Below are positions 25,997 through 35,666 of a DNA stretch of 64,000 bases, piece after piece. The stretch's first letter is position 1, and each line of letters begins with the position of its first letter. The stretch spans positions 320,001-384,000 of the forward strand of contig CBDCEW010000105.1 in NCBI GenBank assembly GCA_965215885.1. The letters are read 5' to 3'. This DNA comes from Candidatus Moanibacter sp. GTDB taxonomy: Bacteria; Verrucomicrobiota; Verrucomicrobiia; Opitutales; UBA2987. A program made the position numbers and the translations under genes. The notes below the pieces were generated by a model. That model did not search any database and was not told the origin of the DNA. It saw only the letters and a list, made by a program, of their open reading frames with translations.

Positions 25997-26788
25997 CTAC
26001 CAGACATCCTCTTCAGCGGTAGCCTGGGCCTTTGCCACTTCCGCAGCCATCCAATCGTCGAAGCTGTCCTGTGACATGACTTCGATAAAGCCGCGCATCG
26101 CGGAATGCCCGTTACCGCAGAGTTGGCTGCAGGCAATAAGATACTTTCCTTCCACGACCGGCTTAAAAGTAACGGGAATGCTGACACCTGGAATAGCGTC
26201 CTGTTTTACTCGCATGACGGGTATTCCGAAACTGTGAATCACATCTTTCGAACTCAGGTGTACCACAACCGGCTTGTCTACCGGGAGATTCAGTCTCTTT
26301 GCTGTGACATCGTCCTTGGCATTGGGATCGTTGGTATCGAGACCGAGGATATTAGTCTCAAGATCGATTAGTTCCGGCTTTGTGTTTCCAAAAACACCGT
26401 CGGGACCCGGATAGTGGTAACTCCATGTAAACTGTTCGGCCACGACGCGAACGACGACAGAATCTTCCGCGGCTGGGAAATCCTCAGTCCATTGGGCCCA
26501 GAGGGGAATCGAAAACCCGCCGAGGAGGATAATCTCCGCGACGATTACTACGACCTCAGTAATAGATCCGATCTTGGATTTGGTCCCTTCATAATCCGCT
26601 TTGGGATTACGTGACTGCCGAAAGCGCACCAGGACGTAGATGAAATACGCAGTCCAAGCTATAAAGAGAAAGAGCATCAGCCAATGGACGATCAGGTTTA
26701 GCTGGTCTAATGCGGCTCCGTGCTCGGAAACGTCAATGGGCAACCAGGGAAACCCAAAGAAATCTTTCATCGGTTGTTCCATAATCAA
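25997..26788 (-). CDS. coxB: Cytochrome c oxidase subunit II
   Basis: Two TMs, EQFTW, DVIHSF, DAIPG, CuA motif CSQLCGNGHSAM. Confidence 0.95.
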   Translation of the reverse strand: MIMEQPMKDFFGFPWLPIDVSEHGAALDQLNLIVHWLMLFLFIAWTAYFIYVLVRFRQSRNPKADYEGTKSKIGSITEVVVIVAEIILLGGFSIPLWAQWTEDFPAAEDSVVVRVVAEQFTWSYHYPGPDGVFGNTKPELIDLETNILGLDTNDPNAKDDVTAKRLNLPVDKPVVVHLSSKDVIHSFGIPVMRVKQDAIPGVSIPVTFKPVVEGKYLIACSQLCGNGHSAMRGFIEVMSQDSFDDWMAAEVAKAQATAEEDVW

Positions 26789-27066
26789 TCTCCGCCCGTG
26801 TTTGTATTACTTTGAAAGTGATCACCAAGAGATTGGTGAAGGTGATAAGCCTTGGAGCGTCTCCAAAGGTAGATAAAGAATGCCGCGAATCCCCCCAATA
26901 CGGAAGTCGTGACGCCGAGAAGAAGAACCAACGCCAAATTCAATCCTTGGGCGAGATCACCATTTACTTTTCCAAAACAGACGGTGCAAGCTGAGAGGGA
27001 GTTCGTCGCCGACAACAGGACTGCGAACAGAATGAAAATCGGCAGAAGTGGAGAGGTATGCTTCAT
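26785..27066 (-). CDS. Small exported/membrane protein with ACxxC motif
   Basis: Signal peptide, ACTVCFG, one TM; in the cox operon. Confidence 0.65.
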   Translation of the reverse strand: MKHTSPLLPIFILFAVLLSATNSLSACTVCFGKVNGDLAQGLNLALVLLLGVTTSVLGGFAAFFIYLWRRSKAYHLHQSLGDHFQSNTNTGGD

Positions 27067-27071
27067 CGTAT

Positions 27072-27260
27072 TCACAGATTCTGCATCTTGTTGAGAAAGT
27101 AATTGCCGTAGAAAAAGAGGGCGATACCGGCGGCAAACGACGACATGCCGACTAGCAGGTAGGGCCCTGATTGCCGAACGGACCACCATCCGAATCCGAA
27201 GCAGAGGATGATGGAAATCGTAATGAAACAGATATGGAAGATCTTCAGCGACACGGCCAA
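27072..27260 (-). CDS. Small two-TM protein in cox operon
   Basis: SLKIFHICFI; fills the gap between neighbours. Confidence 0.65.
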   Translation of the reverse strand: MAVSLKIFHICFITISIILCFGFGWWSVRQSGPYLLVGMSSFAAGIALFFYGNYFLNKMQNL

Positions 27261-27265
27261 TATCC

Positions 27266-27583
27266 CTAGTGCCGGACTTCAACTCTCAGTGTGGTAATGT
27301 CCTGATCCGTTGCGATGGGCAGAACCATTAGGACGAAAAAGAATATCACAGTTAGCGAGAGCGACCAGAAAATGAGTTTCTTTTCCGATATGAGGTGCAT
27401 GAAAAAGGAGACCACCATCGAACCTTTTACCAATGCGATACTGAGGGCGATGCTGATGGTTGCCGGCACTGAGAGGTCGAGATAGGAGACTGCGACGGTG
27501 ATCAGTGTGAGGGCCAGGAGAGCAACGAATATTCCGATACAGGTCCGGACGTGCTGATCCAGTTCTTCAAGGTTTTCTGCCAT
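27266..27583 (-). CDS. Cytochrome c oxidase subunit IV family
   Basis: FVALLALTLITV..IALVKGSMVVSFFMHL; ATG at 27583. Confidence 0.88.
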   Translation of the reverse strand: MAENLEELDQHVRTCIGIFVALLALTLITVAVSYLDLSVPATISIALSIALVKGSMVVSFFMHLISEKKLIFWSLSLTVIFFFVLMVLPIATDQDITTLRVEVRH

Positions 27584-27600
27584 TTTTACAATACTCCCTT

Positions 27601-28206
27601 TTACATGAGATAGAGAACAGGGAAGAGAAAAATCCACACAAGATCGACGAGATGCCAGAAGAGGCCGGCGCACTCGACCCGGCCCGTGAAGCGCACCGGT
27701 TCAGTCTTCCACATTTTGGAACCGGGCCAATGCAGGTAAGCGAGCGTGCACATGCCGCTGAAGACATGAAGGCCATGTAATCCGGTAATGGTAAAGTAGA
27801 TTGCGAGGAAGGTGCTGCTGGAAGGATAGAGATGGTGATCGAATTTCGCGCTGTATTCGAAGTATTTTACAATGAGGAAGATGAGGCCGCAGGCCAACGT
27901 CGCGTAGTTATAGAGGCGATATTTGTTGAATTCTCCTCTAACCAGCGAAGCCCACGCCAGGACCATCGTGATACTGGAAGTGATCAGAACCACAGTGTTG
28001 ACTGTGGCGAGAGGGACGTTCAGAATGCTTGAACCCACCGGCCAGACTTCGGCACCGACTCGGAGAAGGACGTAGGAAGAAAAGAGTCCGCCAAAGAGCA
28101 TTACTTCGGAGGCGAGAAAGAGCCAGATGCCGAGCTTGGCATTGGTGAGGCCGGTATCCGGCCTCGGCGTATCAACATAGGGTATAACAATGGCAGACAT
28201 ACTCAC
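27601..28206 (-). CDS. coxC: Cytochrome c oxidase subunit III
   Basis: WLFLASEVMLFGGLF, TGLHGLHV, FWHLVDLVWIFLF. Confidence 0.95.
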   Translation of the reverse strand: MSMSAIVIPYVDTPRPDTGLTNAKLGIWLFLASEVMLFGGLFSSYVLLRVGAEVWPVGSSILNVPLATVNTVVLITSSITMVLAWASLVRGEFNKYRLYNYATLACGLIFLIVKYFEYSAKFDHHLYPSSSTFLAIYFTITGLHGLHVFSGMCTLAYLHWPGSKMWKTEPVRFTGRVECAGLFWHLVDLVWIFLFPVLYLM

Positions 28207-30018
28207 TCACTCCTGGGCTTTTTGTGGCTTTGAATCCTTTTCAAACTGTGGGCTGAAATCGCGAGAGGCGCCGGGAACGCTGTATTCGTAGGGGCCGTGA
28301 TATGCGGCGACCGGGGTTTCAAAGTTGCCGTGGCCGGGAGGAGAGGGGGCGGCCCATTCGAGGGTGGTGGCCTGCCACGGATTTCGGTCGACCGATTTTC
28401 CTTTTCTGATGCTCCAGATCAGGTTAAAGACGAAAACGATTTGAAAGAGACCCAGAAGCCAGGCGGAGTGAGACATCACCTTGTTCAGATGGAGCAGATT
28501 CGCGGCATGTGAATAGAAACCAGGGTCCAGCACCGCGGCCTGATCGGCATAGGCGGCCCCACCGTCATAGAGCCTGCGATTGATACCTGCCAGACCCTGG
28601 ATCATCATGGGAAAGAAGACGAGGTTCATGCAGACGAGGGAACCGAAGAAGTGCACTTTACCCAGCATTTCGTTCATTTGGCGTCCGGTTATCTTCGGGA
28701 ACCAATGGTAAATTCCCGCAAAGAGGGCAAAGAGCGTCCCAGGAGCTACGACGTAATGAAAATGTCCAATAACGTAATAGGTATCGTGAAGATGGATGTC
28801 GGCGGCACTGAGGCCGAGAGGCAATCCCGTCAATCCGCCAATACCGAACATGGGGAGGAAACCGAGGGCAAAGAGCATGGGCGTATTAAAACGGATGGAG
28901 CCGCCCCACAGGGTAATAAAGAGGCAGGAGAGGATGATCACGGAAGGTATGGAAATGATCATCGTGGTGATTTGGAAAAAGGCATTCATTGTTGTTCCCA
29001 TCCCGGTAATAAACATGTGGTGCGCCCACACGCCGAAAGACATGAAGCCTAGAAAGATGAGCGAGAATACGATCGACTTGTAGCCCCAGAGCGGCTTGCG
29101 CGTATTGGCCGTAAGAACCTCCGTGACAATGGCGAAACCCGGCAAGATCAGGACATAGACTTCCGGATGCGCCAGGAACCAGAAGAGGTGCTGCCAGAGG
29201 ATGGGACTGCCTCCCCCGCTGATCTCGGCGACCTCGCCGCTCACAACGAGTCCGGTGGGAAGGAAGAAACTGGTGTCGGCCAATCGATCCATCAACATGA
29301 GAACGGCGGCTGCTTCGAGCGGAGGAAAGGCGAGGAGGAGCAGGAAGGAGGTCACAAACATTCCCCAGACGAAAAAGGGCAGGCGCATAAATGTCATGCC
29401 GTCAGCGCGCAGTTGAATGGTGGTAACGATGAAATTGATGGCGCTTAAGAGCGACGAGGTAATCAGAAAGACCATACCGAAAAGCCAGTAGGTCTGACCG
29501 TGACCGGCGTCGATATCGGCGAGTGGCGGATAGGAGGTCCACCCCGATTTGGCGGCGCCTTCGGGAAGGAAAAAGCTCGCAACCATGATAACACTGCCGA
29601 CGAAAAGGCACCAGTAGCTGGCGGCGTTAATCTTGGGAAAGGCCATATCGACGGCGCCGATCTGCAGGGGGAGGACGTAGTTGGCGAATGCCCCCACAGC
29701 CAGGGGGACGACTCCCATAAAGACCATGATGGTTCCGTGCATGGCGCCCAATGTGTTGTAATTATCGGGAGTGATGGCGCCGCCTGAATCTCCAAAGAGA
29801 AATCCGAGAAACGGCACCGCCTGGTCTGGATAGGCCATGCTCCAACGCATGAGCATCATGAGGCAGAACCCGAAGAGGAGAAAGGATCCCCCGGTTATGC
29901 CGTACTGCAGGCCGATCATCTTGTGATCGGTGGCGAAGATGTATTTTCGCCAGAAGGCCAGCTCGTAATGGTGTTCGGCTTCGGTCGCTTCGGTAGTGGT
30001 GACGGTATCTTCAGACAT
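28207..30018 (-). CDS. coxA: Heme-copper oxidase subunit I, A-family-like
   Basis: DHKMIG, MHGTIM, DMAFPKIN, HPEVY, WAHHM, HDTY, HFHY, RR. Confidence 0.96.
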   Translation of the reverse strand: MSEDTVTTTEATEAEHHYELAFWRKYIFATDHKMIGLQYGITGGSFLLFGFCLMMLMRWSMAYPDQAVPFLGFLFGDSGGAITPDNYNTLGAMHGTIMVFMGVVPLAVGAFANYVLPLQIGAVDMAFPKINAASYWCLFVGSVIMVASFFLPEGAAKSGWTSYPPLADIDAGHGQTYWLFGMVFLITSSLLSAINFIVTTIQLRADGMTFMRLPFFVWGMFVTSFLLLLAFPPLEAAAVLMLMDRLADTSFFLPTGLVVSGEVAEISGGGSPILWQHLFWFLAHPEVYVLILPGFAIVTEVLTANTRKPLWGYKSIVFSLIFLGFMSFGVWAHHMFITGMGTTMNAFFQITTMIISIPSVIILSCLFITLWGGSIRFNTPMLFALGFLPMFGIGGLTGLPLGLSAADIHLHDTYYVIGHFHYVVAPGTLFALFAGIYHWFPKITGRQMNEMLGKVHFFGSLVCMNLVFFPMMIQGLAGINRRLYDGGAAYADQAAVLDPGFYSHAANLLHLNKVMSHSAWLLGLFQIVFVFNLIWSIRKGKSVDRNPWQATTLEWAAPSPPGHGNFETPVAAYHGPYEYSVPGASRDFSPQFEKDSKPQKAQE

Positions 30019-30127
30019 TTATGCGATGGAGCGTTTAAGGCAGACAGTTGATTAAATCTCCTTGTGGAGCAGCAAGATTAGAGAGCATCTGAATTTCGGG
30101 AATTTGGCTATGTTCCTGAAATGGGAG

Positions 30128-30940
30128 CTACTCTCTGGAAAAGGCGAAATTGACGGTCTGTGCCTCGTTGGCTGCCACAGTTACGGTGGCGACCCGAGTA
30201 CCCATCTTTTCGTGCCAGGCTTCCACTTCATAGGTACCGGCCGCGAGTCCGCTGATTTCGAATGATCCATCTTCGCCCGTGACGGAGAAAAACGGGTGTT
30301 CCATAACCGCGGCATACGAGTTCATCCATGGATGTTTGTCGCATTTCACCCGGAACATCGATTCGACCTTCTTGAAGGACCTAGGTTTCGAATTCTTCAT
30401 ACTGCCGGGCATGGCGAGATTGAATTCGCGATTTTTCTTGGGCAGAGCATGGACGTTGTGCAGGACTCCGTCGGAGTTTTTGAACACGATATTCTGCCCT
30501 TTCATCAGTGCGAAAACGTGGGGAGCGTATTTACACCCGATCTGATCGATCACCACAGGGTCCGAGGGCGGTATGTAGCTTGCCGCGCCGTGTCCACTCT
30601 TTACCGAGACAAAAATGTTTCCCAATGAGTTTCCCTCTCCCAGCACGAGCGCCTCGCTCCTGGGTGAGTGCCCTTTCTTTTCCCACCGGCCGACGCAGAC
30701 AGGTTCATCGGACATGTCAATCTCCTTCAACTTGGGAGCATCTCCTTCGAATTTAACGATCCCTGATATCTTGGCCCCGCCGGTCGGAATTGGAATGGCG
30801 CCTTCGGGGGCGGCGCTGGCTGGAGAGGGAGCGGCTCCCGTATCAGCAGTCTCACCACCGCCACCGCAGCCGGCCATAAACAGCAGAATTAACCCAATGA
30901 AGAGGAATGAAGGAAACCGGAAAGTATTAGCAAATCTCAT
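30128..30940 (-). CDS. Lipoprotein with cupredoxin-like and carboxypeptidase-regulatory-like domains
   Basis: MAGC lipobox; DQIGCKYAPH, HNVH, CDKHPWM. Confidence 0.8.
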   Translation of the reverse strand: MRFANTFRFPSFLFIGLILLFMAGCGGGGETADTGAAPSPASAAPEGAIPIPTGGAKISGIVKFEGDAPKLKEIDMSDEPVCVGRWEKKGHSPRSEALVLGEGNSLGNIFVSVKSGHGAASYIPPSDPVVIDQIGCKYAPHVFALMKGQNIVFKNSDGVLHNVHALPKKNREFNLAMPGSMKNSKPRSFKKVESMFRVKCDKHPWMNSYAAVMEHPFFSVTGEDGSFEISGLAAGTYEVEAWHEKMGTRVATVTVAANEAQTVNFAFSRE

Positions 30941-31125
30941 ATGCTGTCTCCCAAAGTATAAATAATAGTTTTAATTTAGTCCGCCGCAAAGGAACTGTCT
31001 AGTCGGTGCCGTGTTTGGGTTGGAACCCTTGAGGACGAGAGTAAGTCAACGGGCAGGTATCTATTAGTCGTGATTCGCTTCTGTCAAATTATATTCACGA
31101 AATAAATCAATACCTGTTTCCCGGG

Positions 31126-31199
31126 CTGGCAACCTGTCGGACTTTGCCGACAGGTTACTAGCAGGAATCTGACGGACCATAAGTCCGATAGATTCCTAG
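31126..31199. repeat. Two adjacent family A TIR-only hairpins
   Basis: AACCTGTCGG..CCGACAGGTT-ACTAG then GGAATCTGACGGAC..GTCCGATAGATTCCTAG. Confidence 0.75.
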
Positions 31200-31678
31200 T
31201 AGGTGGGCGCCGCGGCGATACCGGAAAGCGCGATCACGACGCCGACAAGCACGCCGTAAATGATGTGTCCCACGAAATGAGCCAGAGCGACACTGTAGCC
31301 GGCATGACGAAATTCCTCCAGAGGATGCTCCTCGGCAATTGCTACCATGAGGCAAATACTCGTTACAAGACCATGAAGAAAACCGAGACCGAGACCGATA
31401 CCGATTATTAAACCGCCCGATTTTGGGCCACCGGCAATGAAAACGAGGGTGTAGAGCATGGCAAATACGATACCCGATATGGTGTGGAGAATCGCACCCA
31501 CGAGCAGAGCCGAGTCTAGCGATTTCGTAAAGAGGCTGCCTATCGCCACTACCATTCGTGCATTTGTGATGCCGGCCTGCGTGACGATGTGGAGAAAGAC
31601 CGTCATCCCCCCGGTGCCGATAAGGCCCGCCAATGTGGAAAAAACCAGAAAACTGAGTATTTGCGATAACTGGTCCAT
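31196..31678 (-). CDS. His-containing four-TM membrane protein (paralog of 10441-11002)
   Basis: NARMVVAIGSLFT, AIAEEHPLEEFR shared with paralog; ATG at 31678. Confidence 0.8.
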   Translation of the reverse strand: MDQLSQILSFLVFSTLAGLIGTGGMTVFLHIVTQAGITNARMVVAIGSLFTKSLDSALLVGAILHTISGIVFAMLYTLVFIAGGPKSGGLIIGIGLGLGFLHGLVTSICLMVAIAEEHPLEEFRHAGYSVALAHFVGHIIYGVLVGVVIALSGIAAAPTY

Positions 31679-32177
31679 GCCTGTTGGCTTTTCTAAAGGC
31701 AGCCGGATTATTCTGGTGTAAGCGTCACGAGGCAAGGACGTTTTTCCCGATGTTGTTTTGAGCTCTATTAAACTGACCCTTTTTGCGACCCCGTGGTCGA
31801 CTTCAGAATATGAGAAAATGGGTGTCTCGGAATTTCTTGCAGTGACTGTCGGAGAGGCCTACAAGGGAGCGAACATAGCTCAGTGAGTCGCGTCTCTAAC
31901 CGAGTTTGAGGATCACGAATCATCGCTGATGGATTCAGGACGGTTCTGGTTGATCAGGAGGAATGCACTGGACGGGAAGGGCCCGTCTGTTGAGACGTTC
32001 GGATGATAAGGTGTGTGCAACCGCAATGGGGCCGCTCCGAGAAGCTCGTTGAGCGTCTTCTTCATTGTTGGCATCTATCATGCTAGCGGTTGCCGCTATC
32101 TATTCCAATATTCCATCAGCCGAATAGTGTAGACAACAGATTGTTCAGTTGAGCGCAGTAGGGGCCAAGATACACAT

Positions 32178-33749
32178 ATGAGTCCGTTCAGAGAGGACAG
32201 AAAGCCTACCATCCTGGTTGTAGACGACGACCCTTCCGGCCTCTCATTCTTTCGGCTAAGTCTGAAGAGGCTCAATTACCGGGTCTTGACTGCTCAAAGT
32301 GTGAGGGAGGCGCAGTCGAAGATTCGAGGGGAAGGGATTGATAAGATCGACTGTATCCTTACGGATTTCCGAATGCCGATCCAGTCCGGACTGGATTTGT
32401 TGGAATGGGTAATGAGGGAGGATGACAGCCTCTCGACGATAATCGTAACCGCCCAAGGGGAAAAGAACCTGGTGCGCGATTCTCTAAGAGGTGGCGCCAG
32501 TGATTTTCTGGAGAAACCTGTAAATCGAAAGACGCTCGCCGAAGCGGTTTCACGGGGAGTGGTGGAGACGGAACGCAGCCGCCAGTTGCGGGCCACTGAT
32601 GAGGAGGTCAAGGCAGTGGGGAGAATGGAGCAGATATTTCAGGCTGTTCGAGCACCGGAGATCGCCCCCTTCTTGCGGTATTATTCTCGACCCCTTTATG
32701 AAGTTGGAGGCGATTTCATAAATGTGCTGCCAATGGGAGAGAATCGTTGCGTATTTATCATTGGAGACGTCTCAGGACACGATGTAAGAGCAGCATTCGT
32801 ATCCGCCTATTTCCAGGGAATGGTGAGGGGTTTGCTTGAACATGAAGCTTCCCTCGAGGAAATCTTCCACAGTTTTAATAGGACACTGAGCGATGAATGG
32901 GCACCGACGGACGGAAATGATGGAAGCAGTGGTATCAAGATACAGGTATCCCTGGCAGTATGTGCTGGAATGGTTGATCTCAGGAAAAATAGCATATCGT
33001 TACTTAGCTGCGGATTTCCCCCCTATTTGATTTGTTACAAGGACGGAAGGTGCGCGTTTTCGAAGATCCGAAATCCTCCTTTGGGGTGGTTTGCTTTGGA
33101 CCGTCTTTATGAGGAAGTCCCATTGCTGGAAGGAGGGGACTTCCTCTGTGTCGCTACCGACGGTCTTACGGAATATGCGGCACATTTAGAGATTGATTCA
33201 TGTAGTCTGATTTACAAGCTGTTGGCTCCAGTAGAGCAGACACGTGATCAGTTTGTTATTCATCCTCCCGACGACATACTGGTAATGGGTATTCAATTGG
33301 ATAGAAGTGCGAAAGTGGACGACCTCTTCCAACCGCTAATATACGAGCAGTATTCAGGTGAGGAGATCAGTAATGTGGATCGCCTGCAGGGTTTGTGGCG
33401 GCGCAGTCTTCAATATGCGATATCTGAAGAGCTTGAGGACCGTATCTACGACTTGCTCCTTTGCTGTCGTGAGGCGGTCATTAATGGCCTGGTTTACGGG
33501 TGCGATGAGTCATCCGACAAAATGTGTACTCTTCAGATCACATTTAGTCCTGGCTTGGGTATTGTGCGTGTGAGAGTGGATGATCCGGGCCATGGACACC
33601 GTTTCGATCTTTCTGAGAGGTTGACGAGACTGGATCCGACCGATGGAACACACCTGGGGATGGCCATAATTCAAAACTTGAGCGATACCTTTGAAGTGAA
33701 AAACGACGGAGCGACGGTAGTATTCGAATTCCAATTGCGTAATGAATAG
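32178..33749 (+). CDS. Receiver + PP2C/SpoIIE phosphatase + RsbW-like kinase fusion
   Basis: VVDDD..TDFRMP..KP; VGGDF, GDVSGH, TDGLTE, DD; REAVING..VDDPGHG..LGMAII. Confidence 0.85.
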   Translation: MSPFREDRKPTILVVDDDPSGLSFFRLSLKRLNYRVLTAQSVREAQSKIRGEGIDKIDCILTDFRMPIQSGLDLLEWVMREDDSLSTIIVTAQGEKNLVRDSLRGGASDFLEKPVNRKTLAEAVSRGVVETERSRQLRATDEEVKAVGRMEQIFQAVRAPEIAPFLRYYSRPLYEVGGDFINVLPMGENRCVFIIGDVSGHDVRAAFVSAYFQGMVRGLLEHEASLEEIFHSFNRTLSDEWAPTDGNDGSSGIKIQVSLAVCAGMVDLRKNSISLLSCGFPPYLICYKDGRCAFSKIRNPPLGWFALDRLYEEVPLLEGGDFLCVATDGLTEYAAHLEIDSCSLIYKLLAPVEQTRDQFVIHPPDDILVMGIQLDRSAKVDDLFQPLIYEQYSGEEISNVDRLQGLWRRSLQYAISEELEDRIYDLLLCCREAVINGLVYGCDESSDKMCTLQITFSPGLGIVRVRVDDPGHGHRFDLSERLTRLDPTDGTHLGMAIIQNLSDTFEVKNDGATVVFEFQLRNE

Positions 33750-33819
33750 ACCCCATCATTTCAAACGGCTTCTTAAGGGCGGGTGATCTCGGGTTTTTGA
33801 AACAATGGGGTAAACTCCG

Positions 33820-34161
33820 ATGGTTACGGGAGAGCTAGACGAAGAGCAACGAACGTTATCCATCAGAGTAAGAGGCGATATTCTAAGCACCAATGCCGAG
33901 GCCTGCCTCTCTTCCGCAAGCGATATACTGCGGAAGGAAAGGGCCAAGGATTGGGAGAAGCTGAGCCTGGATCTCAACTCCGCGCGAATGGTCGACTCAG
34001 TCGGGCTCAATGCGATCATCGGTCTCGTTAAGAATCTGCAGGCACAGAACAAGCCGGTAACGGTGTATATATCGAGCGCCGCGGTTCATCGTGTTTTCCT
34101 TTTTTCACGATTGGATACGATCGTGAATATCGTCTTTAAAGCAAAGCGCCGCCGCCGTTGA
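33820..34161 (+). CDS. STAS domain anti-sigma factor antagonist
   Basis: LDLNSARMVDSVGL phospho-Ser motif. Confidence 0.88.
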   Translation: MVTGELDEEQRTLSIRVRGDILSTNAEACLSSASDILRKERAKDWEKLSLDLNSARMVDSVGLNAIIGLVKNLQAQNKPVTVYISSAAVHRVFLFSRLDTIVNIVFKAKRRRR

Positions 34162-34270
34162 AGGCGGATCCAGAGGTAGACTCTTAGCCCGCTTTCCAAT
34201 GCGTGACCGACCTGTTCTGAATCTGTCTGGGAAATCTGAATTCATCGATCGTTCAGATTATATAAACAGT

Positions 34271-35589
34271 CAGTACTGTCCGGTTATAAGTCAAACAACT
34301 CCAACTGTTTAGGAATGCGGTGTTCATTGAAAGTGTAATCGGTTTCTGTAAGTAGTTCAGTCATAGGAGTTTTCTCAAATAGGGTGAAGCTGAGAATCTG
34401 TAGGATTTTGTGCAAACTGATCTCCAGGCGAAGGCGTTTGCGGATGATGGCGATGAGCACATAGACGCTGACGGCAATCCAGATTTGAGTCTTCACAGCA
34501 TTCTCGGAGGTGCCGAAAAAGCTCTTGATGCGCAAGTGCTGTTTGATCCATTTGAAGAACAATTCGATCTGCCAGCGTAAACGGTAAATCTGGGTGATGA
34601 TTATGGCTGGGAGGGCAAACTGGTTGGTGAGAAACACGAAGCGCTCGGAACTGTCGGGGTCGAGGTAAGTGATACGCCGGAGTCTTTCGGGGTAGGCCTT
34701 GGCAGGATAGAAGCTGACCAGGGCAACGGTCTGGTCCGAACGCAGACCGGTTGATTTGTCGACCTTTTGAGAGTAGAGGCGGCGAAACTGAAAGCCGCGG
34801 CGGGCGCGTGTGACGAAGAAAGAACCGCATTGTGCGATCCGATAGAGGCGCTCGTAATGCAGATAGGCTCGGTCCATTACATAGTAAGCACCGGCCTCGG
34901 GGATGATGAGATCCAGAATGTTTACGTCGTGAACTTTTCCATCGGTAATCTCGATAAAATAAGGGATAGAGCCTCTGAGATCGAGAAGCGTATGGACCTT
35001 CACCGCCCCCTTGTGCTTGCGGAAACGTGCCCACGGGAAGAGTGATAGACATAGATCGATCGTGGTGGAGTCCAGAGCGTAGAGCGTATTGTCCAGGTCG
35101 ATGCCCAGATCCTCGTTTGAATACAAAGGACGAGCCATTGCGATGAGGACCTGTGCAAAGTCGGCGTAGATGCGCCAGTCTCGTTTCTCGTTGGCATCGG
35201 CGAGCGTGCTTTTGGATACTCCGCTTCGAATCCCTGCGTGGTATAGTTTTGGTTGTACTGCCCGCAGGCAGGTTTCGATGTCGCGCAGACTCTCCCGGTA
35301 GGTCAACTCGGCAAAACCCATGCAGAGAAATTGTTCGAAGCAACTGAACTTTTGAACTTTGTAGTCGCCTCCGTAGCGTTGGACGCAACGATGGAACTGA
35401 TGGCGCGGAAGATAATCTATGATTTGAGAAAAAACGAATCGACCTGTATACATGATTTGGACCCTCGAAATTTTTGAGAGTCCACAAGGCTTTTTGCAAT
35501 TTCAAGTCGAAAACAGCAGAAATCATATGTAAAATGTTGGTTATCAATCGATTAACCTGCGTTCCTAGAAAAACAACCGGACAGTAGTG
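34271..35589 (-). mobile_element. IS4 family insertion sequence, intact
   Basis: TIRs CAGTACTGTCCGGTT / AACCGGACAGTAGTG; perfect 9-bp target duplication ATAAACAGT (34262-34270, 35590-35598). Confidence 0.95.
34284..35453 (-). CDS. IS4 family transposase
   Basis: ALDSTTI, VMDRAY, YRLRWQIELFFKWIKQ (YREK). Confidence 0.95.
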   Translation of the reverse strand: MYTGRFVFSQIIDYLPRHQFHRCVQRYGGDYKVQKFSCFEQFLCMGFAELTYRESLRDIETCLRAVQPKLYHAGIRSGVSKSTLADANEKRDWRIYADFAQVLIAMARPLYSNEDLGIDLDNTLYALDSTTIDLCLSLFPWARFRKHKGAVKVHTLLDLRGSIPYFIEITDGKVHDVNILDLIIPEAGAYYVMDRAYLHYERLYRIAQCGSFFVTRARRGFQFRRLYSQKVDKSTGLRSDQTVALVSFYPAKAYPERLRRITYLDPDSSERFVFLTNQFALPAIIITQIYRLRWQIELFFKWIKQHLRIKSFFGTSENAVKTQIWIAVSVYVLIAIIRKRLRLEISLHKILQILSFTLFEKTPMTELLTETDYTFNEHRIPKQLELFDL

Positions 35590-35666
35590 ATAAACAGTCT
35601 GTTCTGAGAGGGAACCTTTTTGCCGACGGGATGGATTGTCGCTCCGCAAAAGAGTTCAGTGGCGGG

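Noticed and set aside
31060..31115. FNR/Rex/Crp box upstream of the cox operon
   Set aside because: Only half-site matches (TTGAT, GTGAA); no convincing palindrome
31869..31900. tRNA-like start GCGAACATAGCTCAGT
   Set aside because: No T-arm or acceptor stem complement follows
34375..35649. 424-aa alternative-frame ORF over the IS4 transposase
   Set aside because: Arg/Ser/Pro-rich, crosses the IS end, no motifs; frame shadow
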